From NCBI GenBank assembly GCA_015063395.1, contig SVUF01000002.1, forward strand, positions 1 through 59,506: 59,506 bases of DNA, given 5' to 3'. The notes below the pieces were generated by a model that saw nothing but the letters and a program-made list of their open reading frames with translations, did not search any database and had not been told where the DNA came from. The stretch comes from Oscillospiraceae bacterium. Its GTDB lineage: Bacteria > Bacillota > Clostridia > Oscillospirales > CAG-272. A program made the position numbers and the translations under genes. This document shows positions 25,491-33,831 of this stretch, piece after piece (within the stretch, counting starts at the first letter, position 1; the number at the start of each line of letters is the position of its first letter).

Positions 25491-27875
25491 ATGGAAGAAT
25501 TTGAAAAGCGATATGACGGTTTGACCGTTGAAAAAAATATTCAGAAATATTGGGAAGAAAACAAGATCTACGAATTTACTCCCGATAAGTCAAAGAAGAT
25601 CTATTCAATTGACACACCTCCCCCAACAGTAAGCGGAAGCCTTCACATCGGTCATATCTTCAGCTATACACAGGCTGAAATGATCGCACGTTACAAGAGA
25701 ATGCAAGGCTTCAACCTTTTCTATCCCTTTGGATTTGACGACAACGGACTTCCCTCCGAGCGTCTTGTTGAAAAGGAATCGGGCATCAAGGCAAGAGATC
25801 TTTCCAGAGGCGATTTCTGCAAGAAGTGTGTTGAAACCACCCAGAAATATGAGGCGGAATTCAAGGATCTTTGGAAAACCATGGGATTTTCATGTGACTG
25901 GAATCTCCAGTATTCCACAGTAAGCGACAATTCACAGAAGCTTTCACAGCGCTCATTTATTGACCTTGCAAAGAAGGGTCACGCATACATCAAGGAATCC
26001 CCTGTTCTCTGGTGTACAGAGTGCCGTACATCAATTGCTCAGGCAGAGCTTGATACACAGGAGATCGACTCAACATTCAACTATATCCCCTTCACTGTTG
26101 AAGGAAATGTTCTTGAGATCGCTACAACAAGACCCGAGCTTCTTTACGGTGTTGTATGTGTATTTGTAAACCCCGAGGACGAAAGATACAAGCACCTTGT
26201 AGGAAAGAGCGTAAAGGTACCGCTTTATAACTTCGAAGTACCGCTTCTCACAGACGAAAAGGTTGCTCTTGATAAGGGTACAGGAGCAGTTATGTGTGCA
26301 ACCTTTGGTGACACAACCGACTCTGAATGGGTTGAAAAATATAATCTTCCCTACAAAAAGGTTATCCTGCCCGACGGAACGATTGCAGAAGATGTTCCCT
26401 TCATTGCAGGAATGAAGGTTAAGGGCGCAAGAAAAGAGATCATCAGACTTCTTGATGAAAACGGACTTCTCCTTAAGTCAGAAAAGCTTTCACACATGGT
26501 TTCCGTACACGAGCGTTGCGGAACAGAGGTTGAAATTATCCCCTCAAAGCAGTGGTACATCGATGTACTTTCCAAGAAAAAGGAGCTTCTTGAAGCAGGA
26601 GACAAGATCAAGTGGCACCCCGCACACATGAAGAACAGATATACAATTTGGGTTGAAAATCTCAAATGGGACTGGTGTATCTCCCGTCAGCGTTATTTCG
26701 GCGTACCCTTCCCTGTTTGGTACTGTGACAAGTGCGGCAAGCCCCATTTTGCAACAGAGGAAATGCTCCCTGTAAATCCCCTTGAGGTTTCTTACAACGG
26801 CACATGTGAGTGCGGCGGAACAACATTTACTCCCGAAAGCGCAGTTCTTGACACTTGGGCAACATCGTCCATTTCCCCCCTCATCAACGAGGACACCGCA
26901 AAGAGATACGGCATTGAAGAAGGCTTTATGCCCATGAGCATGAGAACACAGGCTCACGAAATCATCAGAACTTGGGCGTTCTATACAATAGCAAAGAGCC
27001 TTTATCACACAGGCGACATTCCTTGGAATGACACAATGATCTGCGGATTCGTTCTTGCAAAGCCCGGTGAAAAGATCAGTAAGTCCAAGGGCAACTCAAA
27101 GCTTACTCCACAGGCCCTCATTGAGACATACTCCGCTGACATCATCAGATATTGGTCCGCAAGCGCAAGGCTGGGAACTGACACCTATTTTGATCAGCAG
27201 GAAATGCAGGATGCCTCCAAGAGACTTATTACAAAGCTTTGGAACTCATCAAAATTTGTTCTTTCACACCTGACAGACTTTGATCCTTCATACGTTCCCA
27301 CAATTGAAAAGCCCATTGACCGTTGGATCGTTGAACGCACCAACGAGGCAGTTATAGAAGCAAAGAAGTGGCTTGATCAGTACGAGATCGGTCTTGCAAG
27401 AAAGGTGATCGACGACCTGTTCTGGAAGGATCTTTGCGACAACTATATTGAGTTCGTTAAGGACAGACTTTACAAGCCCGAGGTTCACGGAGCAGAAGAA
27501 AGAAAGTCCGCACAGAAGGCAATTTACTACTGTCTCTACAACATTCTCAAGATGTATTCCATCTATATCCCCCATATTACAGAATATATCTACCTTAAGG
27601 GCTTCAAGGATTTTGAGGGTGACAAGTCCATCCACCTGACAACATGGGCAAATCCCACTTCCGTTGATGAAAAGCTCCTCAAATTCGGTGAAGAATTCAA
27701 GGATACTGTTATGGAAATGAGAAAATACAAGTCCGAAAACAATCTTTCCATGAAAACAGAGCTTGAAAGCCTTACAGTTGTTGGTTCAGCTGAATTTGAA
27801 GAGTACTTCAAGGAAACAGAAAAAGACCTCATCGCATGCTCAAGCGCAAAAGAAATTAAATACGATCTTAAATAA
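25491..27875 (+). CDS. valS: Valine--tRNA ligase (short form, 794 aa)
   Basis: Class I motifs PPPTVSGSLHIGH and KISKSKGN, large CP1 editing insert. The Val specifier in the upstream T-box supports Val over Ile/Leu. Confidence 0.85.
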   Translation: MEEFEKRYDGLTVEKNIQKYWEENKIYEFTPDKSKKIYSIDTPPPTVSGSLHIGHIFSYTQAEMIARYKRMQGFNLFYPFGFDDNGLPSERLVEKESGIKARDLSRGDFCKKCVETTQKYEAEFKDLWKTMGFSCDWNLQYSTVSDNSQKLSQRSFIDLAKKGHAYIKESPVLWCTECRTSIAQAELDTQEIDSTFNYIPFTVEGNVLEIATTRPELLYGVVCVFVNPEDERYKHLVGKSVKVPLYNFEVPLLTDEKVALDKGTGAVMCATFGDTTDSEWVEKYNLPYKKVILPDGTIAEDVPFIAGMKVKGARKEIIRLLDENGLLLKSEKLSHMVSVHERCGTEVEIIPSKQWYIDVLSKKKELLEAGDKIKWHPAHMKNRYTIWVENLKWDWCISRQRYFGVPFPVWYCDKCGKPHFATEEMLPVNPLEVSYNGTCECGGTTFTPESAVLDTWATSSISPLINEDTAKRYGIEEGFMPMSMRTQAHEIIRTWAFYTIAKSLYHTGDIPWNDTMICGFVLAKPGEKISKSKGNSKLTPQALIETYSADIIRYWSASARLGTDTYFDQQEMQDASKRLITKLWNSSKFVLSHLTDFDPSYVPTIEKPIDRWIVERTNEAVIEAKKWLDQYEIGLARKVIDDLFWKDLCDNYIEFVKDRLYKPEVHGAEERKSAQKAIYYCLYNILKMYSIYIPHITEYIYLKGFKDFEGDKSIHLTTWANPTSVDEKLLKFGEEFKDTVMEMRKYKSENNLSMKTELESLTVVGSAEFEEYFKETEKDLIACSSAKEIKYDLK

Positions 27876-27899
27876 AAACAAATTCACGGAGGTTACGAT

Positions 27900-28793
27900 A
27901 TGAATTATAAGATAATCGCAGACTCAAGCTCCAATATAAGAAGATTTGAATTTCCCTATGAGTGTACCACGGTACCGTTGAAAATTTCCACAGATGAAAA
28001 AGAATTCACCGATAACGATGCGCTCGAAATCGAAAATATGCTCGTTTATCTTGAAGGATATAGCGGAAAATCCACCACATCATGCCCCAATGTATCAGAT
28101 TATATCACAGCCTTTGGAGACGCAGAAAATGTATTCTGCATAACCATCACAAGCGGTCTTTCCGGAAGCTACAATTCCGCATCTGCTGCTAAATCAGAGT
28201 ATGAATCAATGCACCCTAAACGCCATGTTTATGTTATTGATTCCCTCTCAACAGGTCCCGAAATGAAGCTTATCGTTGAAAAGCTCAGAGAACTCATCTC
28301 CGAAGGACTTTCATTTGATGAGATCTGCTGTGCAATTGAGGAGTACCAAAAGAATACAGCACTTATTTTCTCTCTTGAATCCCTGAAAAACCTTGCAAAC
28401 AACGGAAGAGTGAGCCACATGACTGCAAAGCTTGCAGGTGCCCTTGGAATCCGTATAGTTGGTAAGGCAAGTGATGTGGGAACTCTTGAAACCCTTTCAA
28501 AGAGCCGCGGAGAAAAGAAGGCAATTGAGGATATTATCAAAAATATGCTCCTTCGCGGATATAACGGCGGTAAGGTCAGAATCGACCACTGTCTCAATCC
28601 CGTTGCCGCGTCCGTTCTCAAGGAAAAGCTTCTTGCGAAATTTGAAGACGCCGACATCGTTATAGGAAATACCTACGGACTTTGCAGCTTCTATGCTGAA
28701 CGCGGCGGACTTATGATCGGATATGAAGCAAATATTCCCGCAACAGAAGAAGAAACCGAAGCAGAAATTACTGAGGAAGTAACCGAGGAATAA
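27900..28793 (+). CDS. DegV family fatty-acid-binding protein with an acidic C-terminal tail
   Basis: IIADSSSN and ITSGLSGSYNSA motifs, about 280-aa DegV fold, then a TEEETEAEITEEVTEE tail. Confidence 0.88.
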   Translation: MNYKIIADSSSNIRRFEFPYECTTVPLKISTDEKEFTDNDALEIENMLVYLEGYSGKSTTSCPNVSDYITAFGDAENVFCITITSGLSGSYNSASAAKSEYESMHPKRHVYVIDSLSTGPEMKLIVEKLRELISEGLSFDEICCAIEEYQKNTALIFSLESLKNLANNGRVSHMTAKLAGALGIRIVGKASDVGTLETLSKSRGEKKAIEDIIKNMLLRGYNGGKVRIDHCLNPVAASVLKEKLLAKFEDADIVIGNTYGLCSFYAERGGLMIGYEANIPATEEETEAEITEEVTEE

Positions 28794-28982
28794 TCAGAGC
28801 TAATACATTCTAATAACGCATCATTTCATTTAAACATTATTCCGGTGCCCACACACGAGCATCGGAATATCTTTTTGATGACTGTGTGAATTTTAGGTTA
28901 AAATTAAATTATTACTATTGACTTTTGACTTCAAAATTGATAAATTATATATAATATTATAAACGTTTCCACGGAGGAAAAA

Positions 28983-30956
28983 ATGAAAAGAATTATATCT
29001 TTTTTAATGGCGGCACTTTGCCTTTTTGCTTTTGTTGCCTGTTCAACATCAACCCCCGAAGCAACAGCAGAGCAGCGCCCCGAAATTTATGATCTGAAGA
29101 TCCTTTCAGTAAACGGAGAGGACATCACCTACGAGTATTACAGATACTATTATCTCTTTGTAAAGGATTCCTATGAAGAAAGCGGCACAGAGATCACAGA
29201 AGAAAAGATCAAGCAGGACGTGCTTGACAAGCTTCGTTATGATGCCGCCATCCATAAGCTTCTTGACAAATATTCCCAGTCACTTACTGCAGAAGAGATC
29301 AAGGAATGTGAGGACTATGTTGCCATGTATGTTTCTGCATACGGCGATGTTTTTGAAACACAGCTTGAAAGCGAAATGAATATGACCCTTGATGTGTTCA
29401 CAAAAATGACACTGAATGAAATGGCATATAATAAGCTTTATACCTATCTTTCAGACGAAAAGCTTATAGATACATCTGACAGTGCAGTTAAGGAATACAT
29501 GTCAAGCTTCAGAGCCGCAATGCATCTTATTCTTACAGTCGACGACGAAAAGAACGATGCTGAAAAGAAAGAGCTCATTGAAAAGCTTTACAAGATGGCA
29601 GAATTTGATCTTGCATTCGATCCCATTTTAAAGCTCCACGAGCTTCGTCAATCCCTCAAAAACACTCAGAAATCCATTGATGACATAAACAAACAGATCG
29701 CTGACGGAAAAAGCACTGACGAGCTTGCCGCTACATTGGAGTCCCTTGTAGCACAGATCTCCGCAATTTCCGCAAAGATCACTGAAGAACAGTCAAAAAT
29801 CGATGTAGCCAAGTGCCTTGAAGGTTATATCGAAAAGCTTGATATATATAAAACATCAGTCAAAGCAGACATTGATGCCCTTGCAAACTCACAGCACGCA
29901 GAGCTTGTGGGAAAGCTTGAATCCGCTTCCACCTCCGACCTTGCAGGTGAAATTGCAAAAAGCGTGGTTGAGGCTTCCAAATCCAAGCTTTCAGCAGCTC
30001 TCTTAAAGCTTGCAGAAGACAAATCAACATACGGTTGGTTCAAAGCAGACTTTGTTGCGGCAATCAAGAGCTTCAATACCTCCCATTCCATTGATGACCT
30101 TAACAAAATTCTTGATTTCTACAAGACGGATTCCGAGCTTAAGACCAATAAAACAGTGGTGGCTCTTCTTGATTGCTTCACTGCCCTTCAGAAGCTTATG
30201 ACTCCGGATCTTGCTCCTCATGATTACCTCTCAGCCATTGAGGCATTGAACGGAAGCAACGACATCAAGGTGGATATTTATGAAAAAGCCGCTCTTTATG
30301 CTTCCCTTCGCAATGCCAAGGATACCGCAAGTGAGCTTAAGGGATATACAGGAACCGATATTCACACAAAGCTTGAAGATGCATTCACCGTTCTTTCAGC
30401 TCCAATTACAACCTTTGAGGAGCTTGTAATTAATTACAGCGACGACTATGAGGCAGAAAGCGGGTCAGTTGTTTTCTATCTTAAGCCCGAAAGCCTCCTG
30501 ACAGAGCTTCAGGAAGTATGCAAGGATCTTAAGGTTGGCGAAATGACAAAGGTCGTCAAATCATCTATTGGTTATCATATTCTGAAGCTCGTTGAGCCCG
30601 ACCTTGAATACTTTAAGAAAAACGAATATCTTTACTATGTTCTTGAGGACATGCTCAATGCCGAAAGCGAAAAGGTGGAATATACACCTGCAGAGGCTTA
30701 TGAGGGCATCAACAAGGCAAAGATGAGCGAATATGAAACAGAGCTTAAAGCACAGAAAAATGCAATTGCCGCAGGCTCCTCTTCCTCAAACACCGATTCC
30801 GACAACGATAACACTGTTCTTTGGACTATAATTATAATCGGAATTACCGTTGCAGTGGTTGCAGTTCTCGTTGTACTCATCGTTCTCGCAAGCAAGCCCG
30901 AGGCTCAGGCTAAAAACAAGAATAGCAATCAGAATAAGACTAAAAAGAAGAAATGA
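28983..30956 (+). CDS. PrsA/SurA-like foldase lipoprotein with a partial parvulin (PpiC) module and an additional C-terminal TM anchor
   Basis: Lipobox LFAFVAC. Long helical middle. KVGEMTKVVKSSIGYHILKLV resembles the parvulin C-terminal half. TM plus a tail ending in KKKK. Confidence 0.65.
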   Translation: MKRIISFLMAALCLFAFVACSTSTPEATAEQRPEIYDLKILSVNGEDITYEYYRYYYLFVKDSYEESGTEITEEKIKQDVLDKLRYDAAIHKLLDKYSQSLTAEEIKECEDYVAMYVSAYGDVFETQLESEMNMTLDVFTKMTLNEMAYNKLYTYLSDEKLIDTSDSAVKEYMSSFRAAMHLILTVDDEKNDAEKKELIEKLYKMAEFDLAFDPILKLHELRQSLKNTQKSIDDINKQIADGKSTDELAATLESLVAQISAISAKITEEQSKIDVAKCLEGYIEKLDIYKTSVKADIDALANSQHAELVGKLESASTSDLAGEIAKSVVEASKSKLSAALLKLAEDKSTYGWFKADFVAAIKSFNTSHSIDDLNKILDFYKTDSELKTNKTVVALLDCFTALQKLMTPDLAPHDYLSAIEALNGSNDIKVDIYEKAALYASLRNAKDTASELKGYTGTDIHTKLEDAFTVLSAPITTFEELVINYSDDYEAESGSVVFYLKPESLLTELQEVCKDLKVGEMTKVVKSSIGYHILKLVEPDLEYFKKNEYLYYVLEDMLNAESEKVEYTPAEAYEGINKAKMSEYETELKAQKNAIAAGSSSSNTDSDNDNTVLWTIIIIGITVAVVAVLVVLIVLASKPEAQAKNKNSNQNKTKKKK

Positions 30957-31615
30957 ATATGATAAAGTATAAAGCCGTAATTTTTGACCTTGACGGCACG
31001 CTTTTGGATACCTCAAAGGATCTTGCAATTTCAGTAAATTTTGCCCTTGCAAAGCACGGATTTCAAACCCACCCTGAATATATCATCCCATGGTTTACGG
31101 GAAACGGTATGAAAATGCTCATCAAAAGGGCAATTGGCTCAGAAGTGGACGAAAACGTTTTCAATGCCGTTTTTCAGGATTTTACTGCCCATTATTCAGT
31201 TCATGCCAACGATCATACACGAGTTTATGACGGCATTGAAGATCTGATTGCAAGGCTTAAAAAAAGCGGTGTTAAATTGGCGGTGCTGTCAAACAAAAAG
31301 CATGCGCCAACCTCATATCTTATTGACCTGCACTTTCCCCATACCTTTGACATAGTATACGGTGAAGGCGGTGAGATTACAAGAAAACCCGAAACCAAGG
31401 GATTCTGGAAGATCCTTACTTCCTTTGGCATAGATGATCCCCGGGACGTTCTGTATATAGGGGACTCAGAGGTTGACGTTATGACGGTAAAAAATGCTCA
31501 CTGTGACAGCATCTTCGTTTCTTGGGGATTCCGTACCAAGCAACACCTTATGGACGCAGGAGCGGAAATAATCGTTGACAGCACTGACGAAATAATTGAA
31601 CGCATATTCAGTTGA
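30953..31615 (+). CDS. HAD-superfamily hydrolase (phosphoglycolate phosphatase / PpaX-like)
   Basis: Motif I VIFDLDGTLLDT, motif II SNK, motif IV GDSEVD. ATGA overlap with the upstream stop. Confidence 0.85.
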   Translation: MNMIKYKAVIFDLDGTLLDTSKDLAISVNFALAKHGFQTHPEYIIPWFTGNGMKMLIKRAIGSEVDENVFNAVFQDFTAHYSVHANDHTRVYDGIEDLIARLKKSGVKLAVLSNKKHAPTSYLIDLHFPHTFDIVYGEGGEITRKPETKGFWKILTSFGIDDPRDVLYIGDSEVDVMTVKNAHCDSIFVSWGFRTKQHLMDAGAEIIVDSTDEIIERIFS

Positions 31616-31736
31616 CTGATCCGAAATCGAACAGATTTCAATTTTTTCGCTTCAAATCAATCAATAATCTATAAATTGAAAAAAGCCTATGCGAACAATC
31701 CGTGATGCCCTTAGCGGAGAAAATAAATAATGAACG

Positions 31737-31784
31737 GTAGGGGCGAACTTTGTTCGCCCGCGGGAGACCGCAGGTCTCCCCTAC
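31737..31784. repeat. Solitary composite palindromic (REP-like) element, GTAGGGG ... CCCCTAC, enclosing two GC hairpins
   Basis: Outer 7-bp inverted repeat. Inner hairpins GGGCGAAC-TT-TGTTCGCCC and GGGAGACC-GCA-GGTCTCCC. Confidence 0.75.
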
Positions 31785-31809
31785 AAACAAAAATAGTTCT
31801 GCAGGAAAC

Positions 31810-31853
31810 AAAGACAATCCCCCAACAGAAATCTGTTGGGGGATTGTCTTTTC
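31810..31853. terminator. Bidirectional terminator (19-bp stem)
   Basis: AAAGACAATCCCCCAACAG-AAAT-CTGTTGGGGGATTGTCTTT, flanked by A-run and T-run. Confidence 0.8.
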
Positions 31854-32156
31854 TTAATCATTCGTTTCAATCAAAAGACTCTTATGGATTTCAAAAATTG
31901 TTTTCCCTTCTTCAGTTTCAATGTACCATGGTTGTTCTGTGGTGACAATACATGACTCGAATTTTTCCTCTAAAATTGTGCATCCGATAAAACAATCCTT
32001 TGGAAAAATATTTTCAAATTTCTCGCCTGATACAACCGGCCATTTTTCGATGATCTTGTGTTGATTATCATTGGTATCAATGAATTCACATAGTACAACT
32101 TCCGGATATGCGCTGTCATCGATCAATCGTGTAGCCTTAGCCTTAATATAAAACAT
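31854..32156 (-). CDS. Hypothetical cytoplasmic protein (100 aa)
   Basis: Clean ORF ending at the terminator. No motif I recognise. Confidence 0.5.
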   Translation of the reverse strand: MFYIKAKATRLIDDSAYPEVVLCEFIDTNDNQHKIIEKWPVVSGEKFENIFPKDCFIGCTILEEKFESCIVTTEQPWYIETEEGKTIFEIHKSLLIETND

Positions 32157-32423
32157 CCTAAAAACTCCTCTATTTTATCGCCGGTTTCACATTTGTATTA
32201 CAAACGCTTCGGGCAAATCCCATACCCCTATTCTTCTGCATATAATTCGTCGTAATACCAGCGTATAGGGTTTTCATAAATATATCGCAAATGCTCATCA
32301 TAGTCCTGACGGTTACGAATGATATGATCATTGGAGCGATATTGCCATAGATTTACGCCGTATTCCTTGTTGCAAAATCTTTTGAACGTAGACACGAACC
32401 GCGACGGAATGGAATTCTGCACT

Positions 32424-32449
32424 GTAGGGACCGGCGTCCTCGACGGTCC
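32424..32449. repeat. Inverted third copy of the same palindrome inside the RAYT C-fragment coding sequence
   Basis: GTAGGGACCGGCGTCCTCGACGGTCC on the plus strand. This equals the reverse complement of the 32764..32788 copy with one mismatch. It encodes GPSRTPVPT. Confidence 0.75.
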
Positions 32450-32594
32450 GTTTTCCGATCCTTTTACCCATAGCATAATATGAATATGGTTTGGCATAAT
32501 TACGTAACTTTCGACCGACAGATCATCGTAAAAGTTGTTGAGTTGATGGATATATTTATCCGCGATTTGTCCGTATTTTGTCAATTCGATTTGC

Positions 32595-32788
32595 GGACCG
32601 TCGACGCCGGTCCCTACGGATTTTGTGCTAACATCGCGAATGCCCCGTAGGGGAGGGCTTGCTCCTCCCGAAAATATGTTTTTTTGCGCATTTATCCAAG
32701 GCAGAATAAGGCTCCCCTGTGAAAAGCGCCTGCCTTATGGCAGGTGTTTTTGCGTTTTTTGCTGACCGTCGGGGACGCCGGTCCCTAC
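32595..32788. repeat. Direct repeats of the GGACCGTCG(GG)GACGCCGGTCCCTAC palindrome (32595..32617 and 32764..32788) bracketing the insert, which contains a further GC hairpin (32643..32669)
   Basis: The two copies differ only by a 3-nt indel. The insert carries CCCCGTAGGGGAGGGCTTGCTCCTCCC and CCTGCC-ATAA-GGCAGG hairpins. Confidence 0.75.
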
Positions 32789-33043
32789 AATACGAGAAAG
32801 AACACAGCGCCTTTCTTTCGTGCATATCGTGAGAAACACGGCTTGATTTCGATTATAGTCCGCACCTTTCAACCGAGTGGTCTTGCGATTTTTCAGTTCG
32901 TCCATTTTCATCACTTACACCATTATAACACAAATCGGCAGAGAAAACAAGTTCTCTGCCGAAATTTTGTGCCTGCCATTTCTCCCGCTTGGAACAACAG
33001 AGAAAGTCGCATAGGCTTTTTATTAAATTGGATTGTAAAGCAG

Positions 33044-33670
33044 TTATGATATTATTTTCTCAATCATAGAAGTCATTTTATCAAGAATTTCCGAAATCTT
33101 ACGCGCTTTATCGTCTTCATACATTGACTCTGTTTCATCAATCATCTTCAACATCGGAAAATATGTTTCTTGAATCATGTCTTTCTTGGCCTTCATTTTT
33201 TCAAGCTCACTTACATCATCGTACATTTTTTCGTAAAGCTTGACAATCTTCCAAACTGATTCCTCACGATTGACATAAGCATCTGTAAGCATTTCAACAA
33301 CCTTAACACGATCCTCGTCTTCCTGATATTCACGGTCAAAAACCAAGGAAACCGTGTCATTGAGTGACTCCAACGAGTTTGTAGAACCATTGATCTTGTC
33401 TGCTTGAAGCATCGAAAGCTGGTTGAATATCTCTCTCGATGTCAACGGCTCGCTTGCTCTGTTGATCTCATCTTCTATAATTTCGTTTATGTTGATGTTG
33501 TTATTCATTTTATTATCCTCCAAAAATTCATATGGAGGGCACGCAAGGCATATGGTATCTTCACCGACGAAGCGTGCCCTGCCTTTTTTAACAAGACCTT
33601 TTGCCCTTTTCGGGTAGGTCGCTCCAATCTGATTACCTTGCTCATCAACAACAATAACGTTTTTTTCCAT
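33044..33670 (-). CDS. Hypothetical protein (208 aa): basic N-terminal 45-aa module plus an acidic helical remainder
   Basis: Own consensus promoter. N-terminus VIVVDEQGNQIGATYPKRAKGLVKKGRARFV is reminiscent of the RRXRR-type N-terminal motif of some HNH proteins (from memory, unverified). Confidence 0.55.
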   Translation of the reverse strand: MEKNVIVVDEQGNQIGATYPKRAKGLVKKGRARFVGEDTICLACPPYEFLEDNKMNNNININEIIEDEINRASEPLTSREIFNQLSMLQADKINGSTNSLESLNDTVSLVFDREYQEDEDRVKVVEMLTDAYVNREESVWKIVKLYEKMYDDVSELEKMKAKKDMIQETYFPMLKMIDETESMYEDDKARKISEILDKMTSMIEKIIS

Positions 33671-33727
33671 GGGTGTCTTCCCCTTTGTTATGATAGCAAT
33701 TTGTCGTGTATGCTGTTTTTTATCATG

Positions 33728-33780
33728 GGTGCCGTCCCCCTACACACTTTGATTATATAACACTTTAACTTATTTGTCAA
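33728..33780 (-). promoter_or_regulatory. Promoter (TTGACA, 17 nt, TATAAT) for the 208-aa gene, with a REP-like fragment (GTAGGGGGACGGCACC) in the leader
   Basis: Minus strand: -35 at 33775..33780, -10 at 33752..33757. REP-like fragment at 33728..33743. Confidence 0.55.
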
Positions 33781-33831
33781 TACTATAACTACAAAAATCT
33801 ATAAGTAAATTAGTTTGTTTTTAACTGCATT

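Larger units (their letters stand above)
32228..32905 (-). pseudogene. REP-associated tyrosine transposase (RAYT / IS200-like HUH Y1 family), split by an insertion of about 170 bp
   Basis: N-fragment 32735..32905 (hand-translated, 56 aa): MDELKNRKTTRLKGADYNRNQAVFLTICTKERRCVLSRIVGTGVPDGQQKTQKHLP*. C-fragment 32228..32584 with HUH (MPNHIHIML) and YIYENP. In-frame upstream of the C-fragment reads SVGTGVDGPQIELTKYG. Confidence 0.75.

Noticed and set aside
31730-31945. 71-aa ORF beginning MNGRGELCSPAGDRRSPLQ
   Set aside because: The N-terminus is simply the translation of the 48-nt GC palindrome at 31737..31784, and the rest runs through a terminator hairpin. There is no RBS.
32628-32825. 65-aa Arg/Pro-rich ORF (MHERKALCSFSYCRDRRPRRS...)
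   Set aside because: It is an out-of-frame reading of the RAYT N-terminal fragment plus the inserted REP-like hairpins. The correct frame gives the conserved VFLTICTKERRCVLSRIVGTG sequence.
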